A stretch of 64,000 nucleotides of DNA from an uncultured Planctomycetaceae bacterium (GCA_963833985.1 CAWIAD010000002.1:864001-928000), one strand, 5' to 3'; numbered from the stretch's first letter, positions 39,995-51,899 are shown. Numbers and translations: made by a program. The notes: generated by a model from the letters alone, not told the origin.

Positions 39995-40885
39995 ATGCCC
40001 GAACTTCCCGATATCACCGTCTACATCGAGGCGCTCGAAAAGCGCATCATTGGCCAGACCCTGGAGCGGATTCGCGTCAACAGTCCATTCCTGGTCCGGA
40101 CGTTTGACCCGCCCCTGGAAGCCGTCTTCTCCAGGACCGTCCAGCAACTTCGGCGCGCTGGTAAACGCATTGCCATCGGCCTTGACGACGAGCTCTGGCT
40201 GGTCCTGCACCTGATGATCGCGGGCCGGCTGCACTGGAAGCCGCGGGGCGTCAAGATTGGCGGCAAGCTGAACCTGGCGGCCTTTGATTTCCCGGGCGGC
40301 AGCCTGCTCTTGACGGAGGCGGGCACGAAGCGGCGCGCATCGCTGCACCTGGTACGCGGTGAGGCAGCCGTGCGTGCCCAGGACCCGGGCGGGCTGGACG
40401 TCCTGAACGCGGAGCTGGCTGCTTTTCAGGAGGTCTTGAAGAGCCGCAATCACACGCTCAAGCGGGCCCTCACCGATCCGCACCTGTTCAGCGGGATCGG
40501 CAACGCCTACTCCGATGAGATCCTGCACCGCGCGAAGCTATCGCCGCTGGCCCTCACACAGAAGCTCGCGGGCGCGGATGTGGAACGGCTATACGAGGCC
40601 ATCCGGCTGGTGCTCCGGGAGTGGATCAGACGGCTCCGGCTCGAGACCGGCGATGGTTTCCCCGAAAAGGTAACCGCCTTCCGGCCTCAGATGGCGGTGC
40701 ATGGCCGCTATGGAGAACCCTGCCCGGTCTGTGCCGCTCCCGTGCAGCGGATCCGCTACGCCGATAACGAGACGAATTACTGCCCTGGCTGCCAGACGAA
40801 TGGCCGGATCCTGGCCGACCGCTCCCTCTCGCGGCTTCTGAAAGACGACTGGCCGCGCAACCTGGACGAGCTGGACGCGTCGTGA
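39995..40885 (+). CDS. Fpg/Nei family DNA glycosylase
   Basis: N-terminal [23 protein letters not shown] (H2TH), CPVC...CPGCQ zinc finger. Confidence 0.93.
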   Translation: MPELPDITVYIEALEKRIIGQTLERIRVNSPFLVRTFDPPLEAVFSRTVQQLRRAGKRIAIGLDDELWLVLHLMIAGRLHWKPRGVKIGGKLNLAAFDFPGGSLLLTEAGTKRRASLHLVRGEAAVRAQDPGGLDVLNAELAAFQEVLKSRNHTLKRALTDPHLFSGIGNAYSDEILHRAKLSPLALTQKLAGADVERLYEAIRLVLREWIRRLRLETGDGFPEKVTAFRPQMAVHGRYGEPCPVCAAPVQRIRYADNETNYCPGCQTNGRILADRSLSRLLKDDWPRNLDELDAS

Positions 40886-40976
40886 CGATCGGCGCGGCCA
40901 ACGTCGGCTCAGCCTGCGGCCCAGTGCATAAATCGCGCACCTCGGTGGTTCATCCGGCTCTTCCAGGGGAATGGAT

Positions 40977-42188
40977 TTAGCTCTTCAGTCCCTCGAGATC
41001 GGGTGTGAGCGGTTCACCTTTGCTCATCAGCTCATTCCAGGTCACCTCGCGGCCCTGGTAGGCGGCGGTGCGGCCGAGGATTGCGGTGAGGTTGGAGCGC
41101 ACCGAGGGAACGACCGTGGGATTGTCGTACCGTGAGCCGGTGATCGCGTTGTAGAAGCTTTCGATGTTGCGCTGGGCGCCCGTGGTGTAGAGGTTCGTCA
41201 TCCGGCCCCCCTCATAAGGGTGTTTGCCCCGGATGCTCACATCGCCTGTGTAGTCAGTATCGGCAATGCCCTGGCTGCCATAGACCAGGCAGCGAATCTC
41301 GTCGGGGGCACCGGGAACGTTCTTCTGGGACGCGAAGCTCACCTGGAAATTGTTCGGGAAGGTATAGACCACCGCGAAGTGGCCCCAGGTGTCGCCGTAC
41401 CTGCGCGTCGACCGGCTGCCCGTTCCAACGGCCTTGATGGGATCTGCATCGGCGAACCAGGTGGCGACGTCTATCGCGTGGATGTCCTGCTCCACAATGA
41501 CGTCACCGCACAGTGCCCGGGTCTGGTACCAGAGGCGCAGCCGCTCCTCGGAGTTGGCAGCCGCGTGATCGTCGTGCACGGTGCCGGCCCAGGGATAGCT
41601 TGCCACGGCGCTCTCGAGCGCGCCGATGTCGCCCTGGTGTACGCGCCGCAGGGTCTCGATGTAGTGCTCATTGGCCCGTGTCTGAAAGTCGATCAGGTAG
41701 ACGAGCTTGCTGGCGGTTGCCTTCTTTCCTGCCCTGGCAATCGTGAGGCAGCCGGGAACGTCCACGGCCATGGGCTTGGCCAGGTAAACATGCTTGCCGG
41801 CGTCCACGGCGGCTGCGGCCTGTTCAGGATGGAAGTAGGGCGGGCTCTCGATCACCACGGCGTCGAGCGGCTCGTCGAGCAACCGCTTGTATGCGGAGAG
41901 CGTGGTGAATTGCCGTGCAGGTTCAACCTTGAACCGTTCGCCGAATGATCGGACGCGGTCTGGAAAGTAATCGGCACAGGCGACGAACCGGTACTGCCCG
42001 GTGCGGGCGAACAGGTCGGCGATCCAGGTGCCGCGTCCCCCGCAGCCGATCATGCCCAGGCGCACCACCGAGTTGGCTTTCGAGCCCAGCGCCAGGGCGG
42101 GACTGACCAGGGAGACAGTGGCCGCCAGCGAAGCTCCCGAGAGAAATTGACGACGTTTGATGGATCCTGATACTCCGGATGCGTCCAT
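40977..42188 (-). CDS. Tat-exported Gfo/Idh/MocA oxidoreductase
   Basis: KRRQFL twin-arginine signal, IGCGGRG, HVYLAKPMAVD, EQDIHAID. Confidence 0.9.
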   Translation of the reverse strand: MDASGVSGSIKRRQFLSGASLAATVSLVSPALALGSKANSVVRLGMIGCGGRGTWIADLFARTGQYRFVACADYFPDRVRSFGERFKVEPARQFTTLSAYKRLLDEPLDAVVIESPPYFHPEQAAAAVDAGKHVYLAKPMAVDVPGCLTIARAGKKATASKLVYLIDFQTRANEHYIETLRRVHQGDIGALESAVASYPWAGTVHDDHAAANSEERLRLWYQTRALCGDVIVEQDIHAIDVATWFADADPIKAVGTGSRSTRRYGDTWGHFAVVYTFPNNFQVSFASQKNVPGAPDEIRCLVYGSQGIADTDYTGDVSIRGKHPYEGGRMTNLYTTGAQRNIESFYNAITGSRYDNPTVVPSVRSNLTAILGRTAAYQGREVTWNELMSKGEPLTPDLEGLKS

Positions 42189-42567
42189 GGTGTCACTCCT
42201 TCGTAACAATGAAATGAAATCGTCAGTCAGCCACGTTCGGTCTGGCGGGACTCATGGGGCGTGCCACGGTGCGTCGCGGTGTCCTGACCCTGAGACTGTC
42301 TTGCCCCAGGGTCAAGGTCAAGGGATAATCGGCGTGGAGACATATTTTGGACCAACCTGCGCCCGCTGGCCGGTTGTCTACCCAGGTGCGGGCGGCATGA
42401 GATCATGGCGCGTACCTGCTGTTGGTCCTGGCCCCACTGCACCCCGCCTGAGCCTCGTCGAAGCGATGCCGCCTCGAGCTCATCACGCCACGCCACCGAC
42501 GTACTGACCACGCATCCAGCGTCCCTGGACGACTTCTCCCAGGAATTCCAAGAGGTGGGCAGCAGAA

Positions 42568-45500
42568 ATGACTCCCATGTTGCGCGGCCATGTGCGTCAG
42601 TCCCGTTGCCGTTCCGGCCTGGTCTTGATGTCAGTTCTCAGTGCCTGCGGACTCGCCAGCGATACAACGTTGGCGGCTCGATTTCTCCCCCCGGATCAAC
42701 CTGGTGTGACGCAGGCTGCTCCCGCGGCCCCGCCGGCTCATGACGTGCTCTGGCTGGAGGGGGAGCAACCCTCATCCTCCAACGTGAAACTCAATCTTGC
42801 AGGCTGGGGCAACAAGCAGTTTCTCTCGGGCGAGAAATGGCTGCATCTCTCGATCAACGCCGACTCGATCGAGAACCAGGTTCCGCTGGGCGGAGGACTG
42901 GTCCGGTACGACTTTTCAATCGGGCAGGGGGGGATTCGCTCGCTCTGGGCTCGCATCGGTTTTGAGTTCGCGCGTTCATCCTTTGATTGGCGCATCGACG
43001 AGCATGCCTGGAAAACGGTCAGCCCCGAGGAGCTAACGAGCGACCTGATGGAGCTCGACTTCTTCTGCGAGGTGGCCTGGCTCAAGCTTGGCGTGTGTGA
43101 GCTGAGCCCTGGCGCGCACCGGCTCGAATTCCGCTTGCCTAGGACGAAAGATGGAAAGGGCCAGTACCAGCGGGTTCTCTTCGCCCTGGACGCGATCTGT
43201 CTCTGCTCCGGTGAGTTCCATCCCAACGGAAAGTTCCCGCCCGGTGAGGACGGGCGCGACGCCAGGGACCGTGCAGCCGAGAAGACCGAGTTTCGTCTTC
43301 CCGAGCCGGGCAGAGACCGCGTCCGATCTGTTCTTTCTCTGGACGGCCTCTGGGAGATCTGCCGGGACGATGAACAGCTGCCAGGCCCGGTTGCCGAGCC
43401 CATGAGCAAGCTTCCCGCGAGCCCCATCTGGCGTGCCATCCCGGTTCCCGGCGACAAGAACGCTCTCCGCCCTGACCTGCTCTTCGCCCACCGGGTCTGG
43501 TACCGTACGCGGCTCATGCTTCCCGCAGGCTCGTCGGGCCGATCGTGCTTCCTGGTCTTCCCCCAGAACAACCTGAATACCACGGTGTACGTGAATGGCA
43601 GGCTTTGCGGCTTCGACAAGAACCCGTTCGCCAGGGTCCAGATTGATATCAGTCAAGCGGTCCAGGCGGGCAGCAACGAGATTCTCGTCGGCATTCGCGA
43701 TGCCTGGTACGGCTACTCCGCCAGCCCCACGAACCCGATGAAGCTGCGCCGGCGCTGGAACACGCCCAGGAAATTCTTCGGCGATGGTTTCCAGGACCTG
43801 GCTTACCCGATCTGGGGCCATGCCGAGTCGGGCATCCTGGAAGCCCCGGTTCTCATATCTGCTGGCCCCACCTATATCAGCGATGTCTTCTGCAAGCCGT
43901 CGGTGGCACGCCAGGCGCTGGACGTTGAGCTCACGCTGGCCAATCCGGGTACTGAGGCCGCGGCCGGCAAGGTCGTTTGCGAAGCGGTTGATGCCAGCGG
44001 CAAGGTCGAGAAGGTTCTTGGCCCCCTGGAATTTCAACTCGATGCGGCCAGCCGGAAGACACTTGTGCTGCGAGGGATCTGGACGGCTCCGCGCCTCTGG
44101 TGGCCGGATGATCCCCAGATGTACCGACTGCGTACAACCATCAAGAATCATGACCGTGTGATCGATGTGAGCGAGACGGACTTCGGCTTCCGCGAGTGGA
44201 CGATTCGAGGCAAGGATTTCTTGCTCAATGGTATTCCCTGGCATGGCTGGGCCGATACTCATGTTCATGCCACGTCCGCGGACTGGCTCAGCTTCTACCG
44301 CGCAAGCCACCAGACGTTCATGAGGTTCTGGGGCACATCGTGGATGAACCTGGCACCCGGGCAGGCCCTGGCGTTCTTCGATCGGAATGGCGTTGTCGTG
44401 CGCCGCTCCGGAATGCTTGATGGTGAAGGTATCGGCTACATGGCGATCGAGACGGATGAGGAGCTCAGGAAAAAGTACGCCTCCGAGATCAAGGTCGAGC
44501 TGATGAACAACTGGCGTGACCAGGTCACGGCCCAGATCAAGGGCGAGCGCAATCATCCTTCGGTCATGGCGTGGTCCATCGAGAACGAATGGCTTTATAT
44601 CAACTGCATCAACCTCTACGGCGGCCTGATGGATCAATTCGAGGACGCAGTGGTCAACGTGGCGCGCGCAGTTCAGGCTATTGACCCGACCCGGCCGGTG
44701 ATGACTGATGGTGGTGGTGCGACGAAATCGAACCGGATGCCCGTACACGGTGACCACTACACGGCCGGACCATTTCCAGGCTATCCCACCCTGGCCTACA
44801 CGCCCAACACAACTGGCGGCGGCCGCGGCCGCTGGGAGTGGGACCAGAAGCGGCCGCGGTTCATTGGCGAGGAACTGTTCGCCGCCGGACATAACCCAGC
44901 CTACGCCTATTTCGGTGGTGAAGAAGTCTTTATCGGTCAGCAGTCGGCGCAGCGCGCCGTGGGGATTGCCGTCCGGATGTTGACCGAGGGCACCCGCTGG
45001 ACCGGCACCGGCGCCATCCATTTCTGGCAAGGACAGGATGCAGCGACCGGCCAGTACGTTGCGAATGCTCCGCGCGCTGTCTTCTGCCGGCAGTGGGACT
45101 GGACGTTCGGATCAGGGCAGACGGTCAGGAGGACGTTTGGCATCTTCAATGACACCCATGATGATGCGCCAATCACGTTTTCTCGCGTGCTGATGCAGAA
45201 TGGTCGCGAGGTTTACCGAAAAGCGTCCGAGCACCACGTTGCACCAGGACGCAGTGAGCGCTTCGACGAGACTTTCCGCCTGCCCGCCGTCATGAACCGG
45301 ACCGAGGGCCAGTTGACCCTGAGCCTCTCCGTACGGGGCCGGGAGGTCTTTCACGACGTCAAGAACGTGTCGGTCCTGGGACCGCCCATCCCCTCGACCA
45401 CCCTGGCGCAGTGGACTGCGGCCGACCTGGCCGTGTGTGATCCCTCAGGCATGGTGCCGCGCTTTCTTCGGGACCACGGCGTCGCGTTCACGCCGCTTGC

Positions 45501-47688
45501 CAACCTTGACCATCTGCCAGAGCGTGCGCAAGTCCTGGTGGTCGGTAGCCATGCGCTCACGGAGCCCCTGAGCACCTCGACGAGCCTTGCCGCCTTCGCG
45601 CTCAGCGGCAAGCGAGTCATCGTGCTCGAGCAAGACCACCCGCTCCATTATCAGGCGATTCAGCCAGCCGAGGTCGAGGCTGCCAGGAACCAGGGATGCA
45701 CGGCCTTCCTCGAGGACGCAACACATCCGGCCGTGCGCGGGCTTGAACACAAGGACTTCTTCACCTGGAATCCGGATGAGGCCGTCTATCGCAATGCCTA
45801 CGTCAAGCCAACACGCAACGCCCGGTCGATCATTCAGTGCCATGAGCAGCTTGCATACTCGGGCCTCATCGAGGTCCCGGTCGGCTCTGGCCTCATGCTC
45901 CTGTGCCAGCTGCGTGTGGGTGAAACGCTCCCCGCGAATGCAGTGGCCCAGCGGCTCTTGCTCAATCTGCTGGACCATGCCGCGACCTATCGTCTGGTGT
46001 TCCAGCCCGCCGTGGCCGCCGTGGACGGTGCACCCGAGCTTGCCAGGGCCCTCGAGCGGATCGGCCTGGTCCATGAACGGCGCTCCGACCCACTCCTGGC
46101 ACTGGGAACTCCGGGCGCCCGCATCGCTGTGCTTGCCGCAACACCCGCAACGCTCAGGACCCTGGCGAGCCACCCGGACCAGGTCGATGCCTTCTGCAAG
46201 ACTGGCGGCACCATCCTGTTAAACGGTCTGACGCCCGACGGCCTGAAGGATTACAACGCCCTTGTTGGGTTCAATCATATGATCCGTCCCTTTCGGCGCG
46301 AGCGGGTGACGTTTCCACCGGTCAAGCACCCGCTCATGGCTGGCCTGACTCTCGCGGACGTGGTTCTGTATTCGTCCGAGCGGATCTTCACCTGGCAAGA
46401 GGGTCGCTACGTCTCTGCCGACAGCTTTTCCTATGTGGTCGACCTTGAGGACGTCGCGCCGTTCGCGCAGTACGAGAACGACTTTGTGCGGATGATGTCC
46501 AATGGCATGACGAGCGCTGATGGTTGGAAGTATATCGTCAACGTACCGGCCCCCGATCGCCCGCCCCTGGACTTCAGGCTTGTGCTGCCTGAACCGCAGG
46601 AAATCCGCGAGGTCGAGTGGATCGGCAACACGTTCTATGATCCCGTCACGCGGTTCGAGTTGATCTTCGATGGCATAGCCAGGACCAGCTTCTCGGTCAA
46701 GCCGACGAACGATCCTCAAACGCTGACTCTGAACCCGCCCCAACGCGGCAAGACCATCACCGTGCGGCTGGCCGAATGGCAACAGATTCCGGGCAAGAAC
46801 CAGGTCACGGGGCTGGACAACATCCGGCTCCTTGCGACCCGGCCCGCCGACTTTGCCTCGAAGGTCCGGCCCATGCTCAACATCGGCGGCCTGGTTCATT
46901 ATCCTCGAGGAGCGGGAGGCATCATCCTCTGCAACCTGAAGTTCCAGGAGCATGACGACGCTCCGGAAAACCCCGAGAAGAAACGAGCAATCCTCGCGGG
47001 CCTGCTGCACAACCTGAAGGCGCGATTCGCCGGCGGCAAGACCATCATCCCAGGTGCCTGGCTGGACTACTCGTCCGTCGACCTCTCGCGGCATGCCAAC
47101 CAGTTTCGCGATGACCGCGGCTGGTTCGGCGACAGGTCGAGAACCTTTGCCGATCTGCCCACGGGCCGCCAGACCCTGGCCGGTGTGCCATTCGAGATCT
47201 ATGAGTTCCGGACCTCGCCCGTACCCAGCGTCATCATGCTTGCCGGTCCCGGTGTGCCGGGTGGCTTGAGCGACTCCATTCGAGGCATTCCGGTCGATCG
47301 GCGGGCCGATGCGCTCTTCTTCCTTCAGGCCGCACGCATCGACGTGCGACGGACCGACCAGGAGGCTCGCGAGCAGAAGGCGTTCGAGCTGGCCTGTTAC
47401 GTCATCACCTACACCGACGGCCAGACCGTGACGGTGCCAATTCGCTCCGAGATCGACGTCGACGACTACCGTCAAAAGACGCCCGTTTCCTTGCCTGGCG
47501 CCCAGCTCGCCTGGACCCGGAAATACCCGGATCGTGATGAATTTGCCACGGCCTACGTCCAGCAATGGACCAATCCCCGCCCGGACGCCGCAATCAGGGC
47601 CGTCGGGCTGGCCTATGGCAATACCCCGCGCCGGGGCGTCCCTGCGCTCATCGCCATCACCGCGGCAACCGCAAAAAAGGCCCAGTGA
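42568..47688 (+). CDS. Large exported GH2-like glycoside hydrolase (1706 aa), multi-domain
   Basis: LWWPDDPQMY, FGFREW, RNHPSVMAWSIENE (GH2 acid/base motif); additional probable beta-sandwich domains. Confidence 0.8.
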   Translation: MTPMLRGHVRQSRCRSGLVLMSVLSACGLASDTTLAARFLPPDQPGVTQAAPAAPPAHDVLWLEGEQPSSSNVKLNLAGWGNKQFLSGEKWLHLSINADSIENQVPLGGGLVRYDFSIGQGGIRSLWARIGFEFARSSFDWRIDEHAWKTVSPEELTSDLMELDFFCEVAWLKLGVCELSPGAHRLEFRLPRTKDGKGQYQRVLFALDAICLCSGEFHPNGKFPPGEDGRDARDRAAEKTEFRLPEPGRDRVRSVLSLDGLWEICRDDEQLPGPVAEPMSKLPASPIWRAIPVPGDKNALRPDLLFAHRVWYRTRLMLPAGSSGRSCFLVFPQNNLNTTVYVNGRLCGFDKNPFARVQIDISQAVQAGSNEILVGIRDAWYGYSASPTNPMKLRRRWNTPRKFFGDGFQDLAYPIWGHAESGILEAPVLISAGPTYISDVFCKPSVARQALDVELTLANPGTEAAAGKVVCEAVDASGKVEKVLGPLEFQLDAASRKTLVLRGIWTAPRLWWPDDPQMYRLRTTIKNHDRVIDVSETDFGFREWTIRGKDFLLNGIPWHGWADTHVHATSADWLSFYRASHQTFMRFWGTSWMNLAPGQALAFFDRNGVVVRRSGMLDGEGIGYMAIETDEELRKKYASEIKVELMNNWRDQVTAQIKGERNHPSVMAWSIENEWLYINCINLYGGLMDQFEDAVVNVARAVQAIDPTRPVMTDGGGATKSNRMPVHGDHYTAGPFPGYPTLAYTPNTTGGGRGRWEWDQKRPRFIGEELFAAGHNPAYAYFGGEEVFIGQQSAQRAVGIAVRMLTEGTRWTGTGAIHFWQGQDAATGQYVANAPRAVFCRQWDWTFGSGQTVRRTFGIFNDTHDDAPITFSRVLMQNGREVYRKASEHHVAPGRSERFDETFRLPAVMNRTEGQLTLSLSVRGREVFHDVKNVSVLGPPIPSTTLAQWTAADLAVCDPSGMVPRFLRDHGVAFTPLANLDHLPERAQVLVVGSHALTEPLSTSTSLAAFALSGKRVIVLEQDHPLHYQAIQPAEVEAARNQGCTAFLEDATHPAVRGLEHKDFFTWNPDEAVYRNAYVKPTRNARSIIQCHEQLAYSGLIEVPVGSGLMLLCQLRVGETLPANAVAQRLLLNLLDHAATYRLVFQPAVAAVDGAPELARALERIGLVHERRSDPLLALGTPGARIAVLAATPATLRTLASHPDQVDAFCKTGGTILLNGLTPDGLKDYNALVGFNHMIRPFRRERVTFPPVKHPLMAGLTLADVVLYSSERIFTWQEGRYVSADSFSYVVDLEDVAPFAQYENDFVRMMSNGMTSADGWKYIVNVPAPDRPPLDFRLVLPEPQEIREVEWIGNTFYDPVTRFELIFDGIARTSFSVKPTNDPQTLTLNPPQRGKTITVRLAEWQQIPGKNQVTGLDNIRLLATRPADFASKVRPMLNIGGLVHYPRGAGGIILCNLKFQEHDDAPENPEKKRAILAGLLHNLKARFAGGKTIIPGAWLDYSSVDLSRHANQFRDDRGWFGDRSRTFADLPTGRQTLAGVPFEIYEFRTSPVPSVIMLAGPGVPGGLSDSIRGIPVDRRADALFFLQAARIDVRRTDQEAREQKAFELACYVITYTDGQTVTVPIRSEIDVDDYRQKTPVSLPGAQLAWTRKYPDRDEFATAYVQQWTNPRPDAAIRAVGLAYGNTPRRGVPALIAITAATAKKAQ

Positions 47689-47863
47689 GCAAGACCGGCA
47701 GGCCCGTGCATCCTGTCGCAATCGCCATCAGTGATCCGCAAGACTTCGGCCCCGGCACTGCCCATCACGAGTCGTTTTGAACCCTCTCCCATCGTCCTCC
47801 GTCGTCCTCTCAAAAACCCTTGTGCGGTCTGGCCTTACATCAAGCCATCGGGGCATTTCCCGG

Positions 47864-47892
47864 TTGCGTGCGAGGGTGAGATCGGCTACAAT
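47864..47892 (+). promoter_or_regulatory. Putative sigma70 promoter of gyrA
   Basis: TTGCGT-17 bp-TACAAT, ~100 bp upstream of the gyrA start. Confidence 0.55.
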
Positions 47893-47993
47893 AAGAATCT
47901 TCGCTGAAGAGCTGGCCGTCAGGATCAAGGATCGCCCTGCGCCATCACTGGTTATCCCATGCCACCCGAGCCTTGCCGAGGGATCGATCGACC

Positions 47994-50691
47994 GTGAGTA
48001 CTGCTGAGTTACCCCCGCCTGTACCGCTTGCCCCCTTGCCGCTGGATATTGAAGAGGAGCTCAAGGAGAGCTACCTCAACTATGCCATGTCGGTGATCAT
48101 CAGCCGCGCCCTTCCCGACGTGCGCGACGGGTTGAAACCGTCACAGCGGCGGATTCTGGTCGCCATGCGCGACCTGGGTCTCAACCCCGGCGGCTCCACA
48201 AGCAAGTGTGCGGGCATCGTCGGCGAGACGATGAAGCGGTATCACCCGCACGGCGACAATTCCATCTACCCCACGCTCGCGCGCATGGCCCAGTGGTGGA
48301 ACATGCGGCATCTGCTCATCACCGGGCAGGGTAACTTCGGCAGCATCCACGGCCTGCCGCCGGCGGCCATGCGGTACACCGAGGCCAAGCTCAGCCCGGT
48401 CGCTGGCGAGATGCTCGAGGACATCAACCTCGACACGGTCGATTTTCAGCCCAACTACGATGAGAAGTACCAGGAGCCGCGGGTCCTGCCGGGGAAGTTC
48501 CCCAACCTGCTGGTCAACGGCTCCGGCGGCATCGCCGTCGGCATGGCCACATCGATCCCCCCGCACAACCTGGGCGAGGTCTGCGATGCCCTGATTGCCT
48601 TCATCAACGACCCGGAGATCGAGCTGGACGACCTGATGGAGATCCTACCCGGGCCGGATTTTCCCACCGGTGGGACGATCTGCGGCCGGATGGGCATCAA
48701 GGAAGCGTACCTGAACGGTCGCGGCCGGGTGGTGGTGCGGGCGCGCTCGAGCGTGGAAGAGCAGAAGGACGGCCGATCGCAGATCGTCTTCACCGATATC
48801 CCCTACCAGCTTACGAAGGAGCCCCTACTCAAGAAGCTGGCCGAGCTGGTCAATGGCGGCCGGATCACGGGTGTGTCCGACATCGTGGACGAGAGCGACC
48901 GGAAGCAGCCGGTGCGGATCGTGGTGAAACTGAAGAAGGGCGAGGACCCGACGGTGGTCCTGAACCAGCTCTACGAGTTCTCGCCACTCCAGGACACCTT
49001 CAGCGTGATCATGCTGGCGCTCGTGGACGGCCGGCCCAAGACCCTGGCGCTGAAGCAGCTTCTGCGGCTGTTCGTCGACCACCGCATCACGGTGATCCGC
49101 CGGCGCACCCAGTACCAGCTTCGCCAGGCCCGGCAGCGCCGCCACATCGTCGAGGGGCTGCTCATCGCGCTGCACCACATCGACGAGATCATCCGCGTGA
49201 TCCGCTCCTCCGCCAGCCCGTCCGAGGCGCGGGTCCGGCTCATGGCCATGGAGGTGTCCGCCGAGGTCCTCCGCCGCGCCCTGAACGATCCCGAGGCAAA
49301 GGCCTCAACCAGCCTCACCCGGATGCAGGCGGACGCGATCCTGGCCATGCAATTGCAACGGCTCACCGGACTGGAAGCCGACAAGCTGGCCCAGGAATAT
49401 ACGGCGCTGAAGGCTGACATCTCCGGGTATGAAGCGATCCTCGCCGATGAGGGCCTGATCCTCGAGATGATCCGGGCCGATCTCCGCGAGCTGAAAGACA
49501 AGTACGCCAACCCGCGGCGCAGGCGCCATCTCCGACGAGGAGCTCGGCGACTACGACAAGGAATCGCTGATCCGCGAGGAATACATGGTGGTGACCGTCA
49601 CGCATGACGGCTACATCAAGCGCCAGCTCCCCTCGACGTACCGTGCCCAGGGGCGCGGGGGCCGCGGCATCACGGCGACGAACACCCGTGAGGGCGACTT
49701 CCTCGAGCACATGTTCGTCGCGCTCACGCACGACTACATCTTGCTCTTCACCGACCGCGGCAAGGTGTACTGGATCAAGGTGTACGATCTGCCCATGGCC
49801 ACGCGAACCTCGGGCGGGCGGGCCATGGTCAACCTGCTCCAGCTCTCCGAGGGCGAGAAGGTGACCGGCGTGGTTCCGGTGCGCGAGTTCCGCGAGGACG
49901 AGTGCCTGATGATGGTCACCCGGCGCGGGACCGTGAAGAAGACCGAGCTGAAGGCCTTCCGCCGTCCACTGGGGCGGGGGATCATCGCCCTCGGGCTCGA
50001 CGAGGGCGATCAGCTCATCGGCGTGGCCCGGCTCAAGACAGAAGACCAGGTGATCCTCAGCACAAAGTCCGGGATGGCCATCCGGTTCGACGAGTCCGAC
50101 GTCCGCCCCATGGGACGCCCGGCGCATGGCGTCAAGGGCATCTCGCTCGATGAACAGGACGAGGTCGTAGGCATGGTGATCGCCAACGGCAATGCCGACC
50201 CGGCCAGCCTGCTGACCGTCTGCGCCAACGGGTACGGCAAGCGCACCATGCTCACCGAGTACCGGTCGCAGAACCGCGGGGGCAAGGGGCTCATCGACAT
50301 CAAGACCAGCGACCGCAACGGCTCGGTCGTGGCCGTCACCAAGGTGACCGACGCCGACGAGGTCATGCTCACCACAGCCCGCGGCCTGCTGATCCGCACC
50401 CGGGTGGCCGACACCCGCCCCATCGGTCGCAATACCCAGGGAGTTCGCCTCATCAGGCTGGACGACGGAGACACGGTGGGCAGCCTGGCCAAGCTGCCGG
50501 AAGAGGAATTGACGGCCGCGGATTCGCTCGAGACCGTCGATCAGCCACCCGACATGGTCGAGCCAGACGCTGCCGAGTCAGCGCATCTTCTGGATGATGG
50601 CGTCGCCGAGGCTGAGGCCAGCGACCATCTGGATGACGCGGACCTCAATACAGACGCAGACGCCGGCGAGCCGGACGCCGAGGAACGTTGA
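47994..50691 (+). CDS. gyrA: DNA gyrase subunit A, split by a +1 insertion near 49522 (probably a sequencing error)
   Basis: YAMSVIISRALPDVRDGLKP, HPHGD, AAMRYTE, GyrA-box QGRGGRG, beta-pinwheel CTD, acidic tail; removing one G gives PRRSAISDEELGDYDKESLIREEYMVV. Confidence 0.96.
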
Positions 50692-50788
50692 CCGGAATCC
50701 CCAGTTTCCGAAACACTGCGCCCTCGACAGGAAGCTCTTGCCCGAATGCTCGCAGGCGGGTTACCCTTGCCTTCCACGAACATGAAAG

Positions 50789-51811
50789 GTGAGTGATCTC
50801 GGCATGGAACTCTCCATCAAACGGATGCTGGTGACCGGCGGCTGCGGTTTCATCGGTGCCAACTTCATCAAGCTGGTGCTCGAGACCGAGCCGGATGTGT
50901 CGGTGACCAACCTTGACGCATTGACCTACGCCGGCAACCCGGACAACCTGGCGGACCTCAAGGACCATCCGCGCTACCACTTCGTGCATGGCGATATCGC
51001 CGATCGCGGGGCCGTGCTGGAGCTGATTGGCGAGGGCAAGTTCGACGCTCTCCTGAACTTCGCGGCCGAAAGCCACGTTGACCGCTCAATCACCGACGCC
51101 ACGCCGTTCCTGCGCACCAATGTGCTGGGAACCCAGTGCTTGCTCGACGCCGCCAGGCAAGCGCACATCCCGCGCTACTTGCAGGTCTCCACGGACGAGG
51201 TCTACGGCACGCTCAAGCGGGATGACCCGGCCTTCTCCGAATCGACCCCGCTGGCTCCCAATAGTCCATACGCCGCCAGCAAGGCCGGCGCCGATTTCCT
51301 GGTCCGTGCCGCTCACCATACCCACGGCATGAACACGGTGATCACCCGCTGCTCGAACAATTACGGCCCGTACCAGTTTCCCGAGAAGCTGATTCCGCTG
51401 TTCATCACCAACGCCCTGGCAGACATTCCGTTGCCGGTCTACGGCGATGGCATGCAGGTGCGCGACTGGATCCATGTGCGCGACCACTGCCGGGGCATCC
51501 TGGCGGCCCTGCACCACGGCCGTCCCGGTGAAGTCTACAACTTCGGCGGCCGTAGCGAGCGCTATAACATGGACGTCACCAAGGCCGTGCTCCAGCTCAC
51601 CGGAAAACCGGCAACGCTGATTCGCCATGTCACGGATCGGCCGGGCCATGACCGCCGCTATGCGGTCAACTGCTCCCGTGCCGAGGCGGAGCTGGGCTGG
51701 AAGCTGACCGTCACCTTCGAGCAGGGACTCGCCGAGACGGTGGAGTGGTACCGGGCCAACTCGAGCTGGATTGAACGCGTGCGGTCCGGTGCCTACCGGT
51801 CCTCGAGCTGA
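50789..51811 (+). CDS. rfbB: dTDP-glucose 4,6-dehydratase
   Basis: GGCGFIG, DALTYAG, AAESHVDRS, STDEVYG, YAASK, SNNYGPYQFPEKLIP, DRPGHDRRYA; alternative start 50804. Confidence 0.95.
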   Translation: MSDLGMELSIKRMLVTGGCGFIGANFIKLVLETEPDVSVTNLDALTYAGNPDNLADLKDHPRYHFVHGDIADRGAVLELIGEGKFDALLNFAAESHVDRSITDATPFLRTNVLGTQCLLDAARQAHIPRYLQVSTDEVYGTLKRDDPAFSESTPLAPNSPYAASKAGADFLVRAAHHTHGMNTVITRCSNNYGPYQFPEKLIPLFITNALADIPLPVYGDGMQVRDWIHVRDHCRGILAALHHGRPGEVYNFGGRSERYNMDVTKAVLQLTGKPATLIRHVTDRPGHDRRYAVNCSRAEAELGWKLTVTFEQGLAETVEWYRANSSWIERVRSGAYRSSS

Positions 51812-51899
51812 CCGCAGCGGATCGCGTCCGATCGCATCGCGGTGCAACGCGGATCAATGGCGGAATGGCCAGCGCCAACGCAGAGGAGCGGGCAGTCCA

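Noticed and set aside
47994..50691. Split GyrA (separate CTD) or ParC
   Set aside because: Removing one base restores a continuous protein; the GyrA-box QGRGGRG indicates gyrase
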